NCBI GenBank assembly: GCA_050010675.1
Contig: JBEKKN010000002.1
Span: 14,277 to 78,276 of the forward strand
DNA from: Verrucomicrobiota bacterium
GTDB taxonomy: Bacteria > Verrucomicrobiota > Verrucomicrobiia > Limisphaerales > UBA11358
Reading direction: 5' to 3'
Length of the DNA: 64,000 nt
A program made the position numbers and the translations under genes. Positions within the stretch are counted from its first letter, which is position 1. Every line of letters starts with the position of its first letter. This document shows, one piece after another, positions 63,629 to 64,000 of the stretch. Under the pieces are notes generated by a model. It was not told the origin of the DNA. It ran no database searches and was given only the letters and a program-made list of their open reading frames with translations.

Positions 63629-64000
63629 ATGAAAACGGAAATCTACCAAGGTGAGGGCTACAACCTGATGGGTGCAGCGTTTGAAGTTTATAATGAACAA
63701 GGTTACGGGCTGGCTGAAGAGATTTACCAGGAGAGCCTCGAAATTGAACTGGAGTCGTGTGAAATTCCCTTTCGCTCCAAACAGGAGTTGAAATGTTTCT
63801 ACAAAGGACGCGAGTTGAAGAAGCATTACGTTCCCGACTTGTTTGCGTTCGAATCACTGGTTGTCGAACTAAAATCCGTTTCCCAGCTGTTGCCCGAACA
63901 CGAAGCGCAACTCATCAACTACCTGCGAATCACCAAACAGCCGGTCGGGTATCTCCTCAACTTCGGCCACCGGGATACACTTGAATGGAAGCGATTTATA
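63629..64000 (+). CDS. GxxExxY protein (PD-(D/E)XK-like), 3' end runs off the window
   Basis: Absent from the ORF track because there is no stop in the window. My manual translation gives MKTEIYQGEGYNLMGAAFEVYNEQGYGLAEEIYQESLEIEL...PDLFAFESLVVELKSV...QLINYLRITK. The gene is lower in GC than its neighbours. Confidence 0.75.
   Translation, partial: MKTEIYQGEGYNLMGAAFEVYNEQGYGLAEEIYQESLEIELESCEIPFRSKQELKCFYKGRELKKHYVPDLFAFESLVVELKSVSQLLPEHEAQLINYLRITKQPVGYLLNFGHRDTLEWKRFI

Overview
High-GC (about 60% by eye) bacterial chromosome segment, most likely from the PVC superphylum (Verrucomicrobiota-like). Taxon clues are a PEP-CTERM protein, a prepilin-type DUF1559-like protein and a GxxExxY protein. 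The content is mostly dense housekeeping genes. These include tkt, manA-accA, zwf-pgl, purSQL, rimO-xseA-xseB-dxs, icd, secA, ruvCA, priA, two cyclophilins, lspA, rluD, yicC, gmk and tRNA-Arg(CCU). There is also a same-strand membrane block (ABC-2-like permease, three SPFH proteins, P1B ATPase, ABC ATPase and permease). A metal-uptake cluster runs ZIP, small His/Cys protein, TonB-dependent receptor, TonB, ExbB and two ExbD. I saw no CRISPR, no rRNA and no classical defence operon. The unusual material is mostly at the DNA-element level. (1) An apparently intact HUH/Tyr RAYT (IS200-like) domain sits in-frame inside priA and is bounded by perfect 22-nt inverted repeats. (2) A second, free-standing RAYT with REP hairpins is wedged into the zwf-pgl operon. 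(3) There is a family of about 35-nt tracts made of five tandem 7-nt words; the word differs at each locus. These tracts lie at gene boundaries, often touching start codons, and in-frame inside rimO, xseA, priA, gmk and lspA. (4) Long imperfect hairpins built from roughly 10-nt ACACGGAT-type words occur at two loci, plus a related hairpin at a third. (5) A small low-GC islet carries an AlbA_2/Schlafen-like gene. All functional calls come from reading motifs in the supplied translations; no database search was possible.
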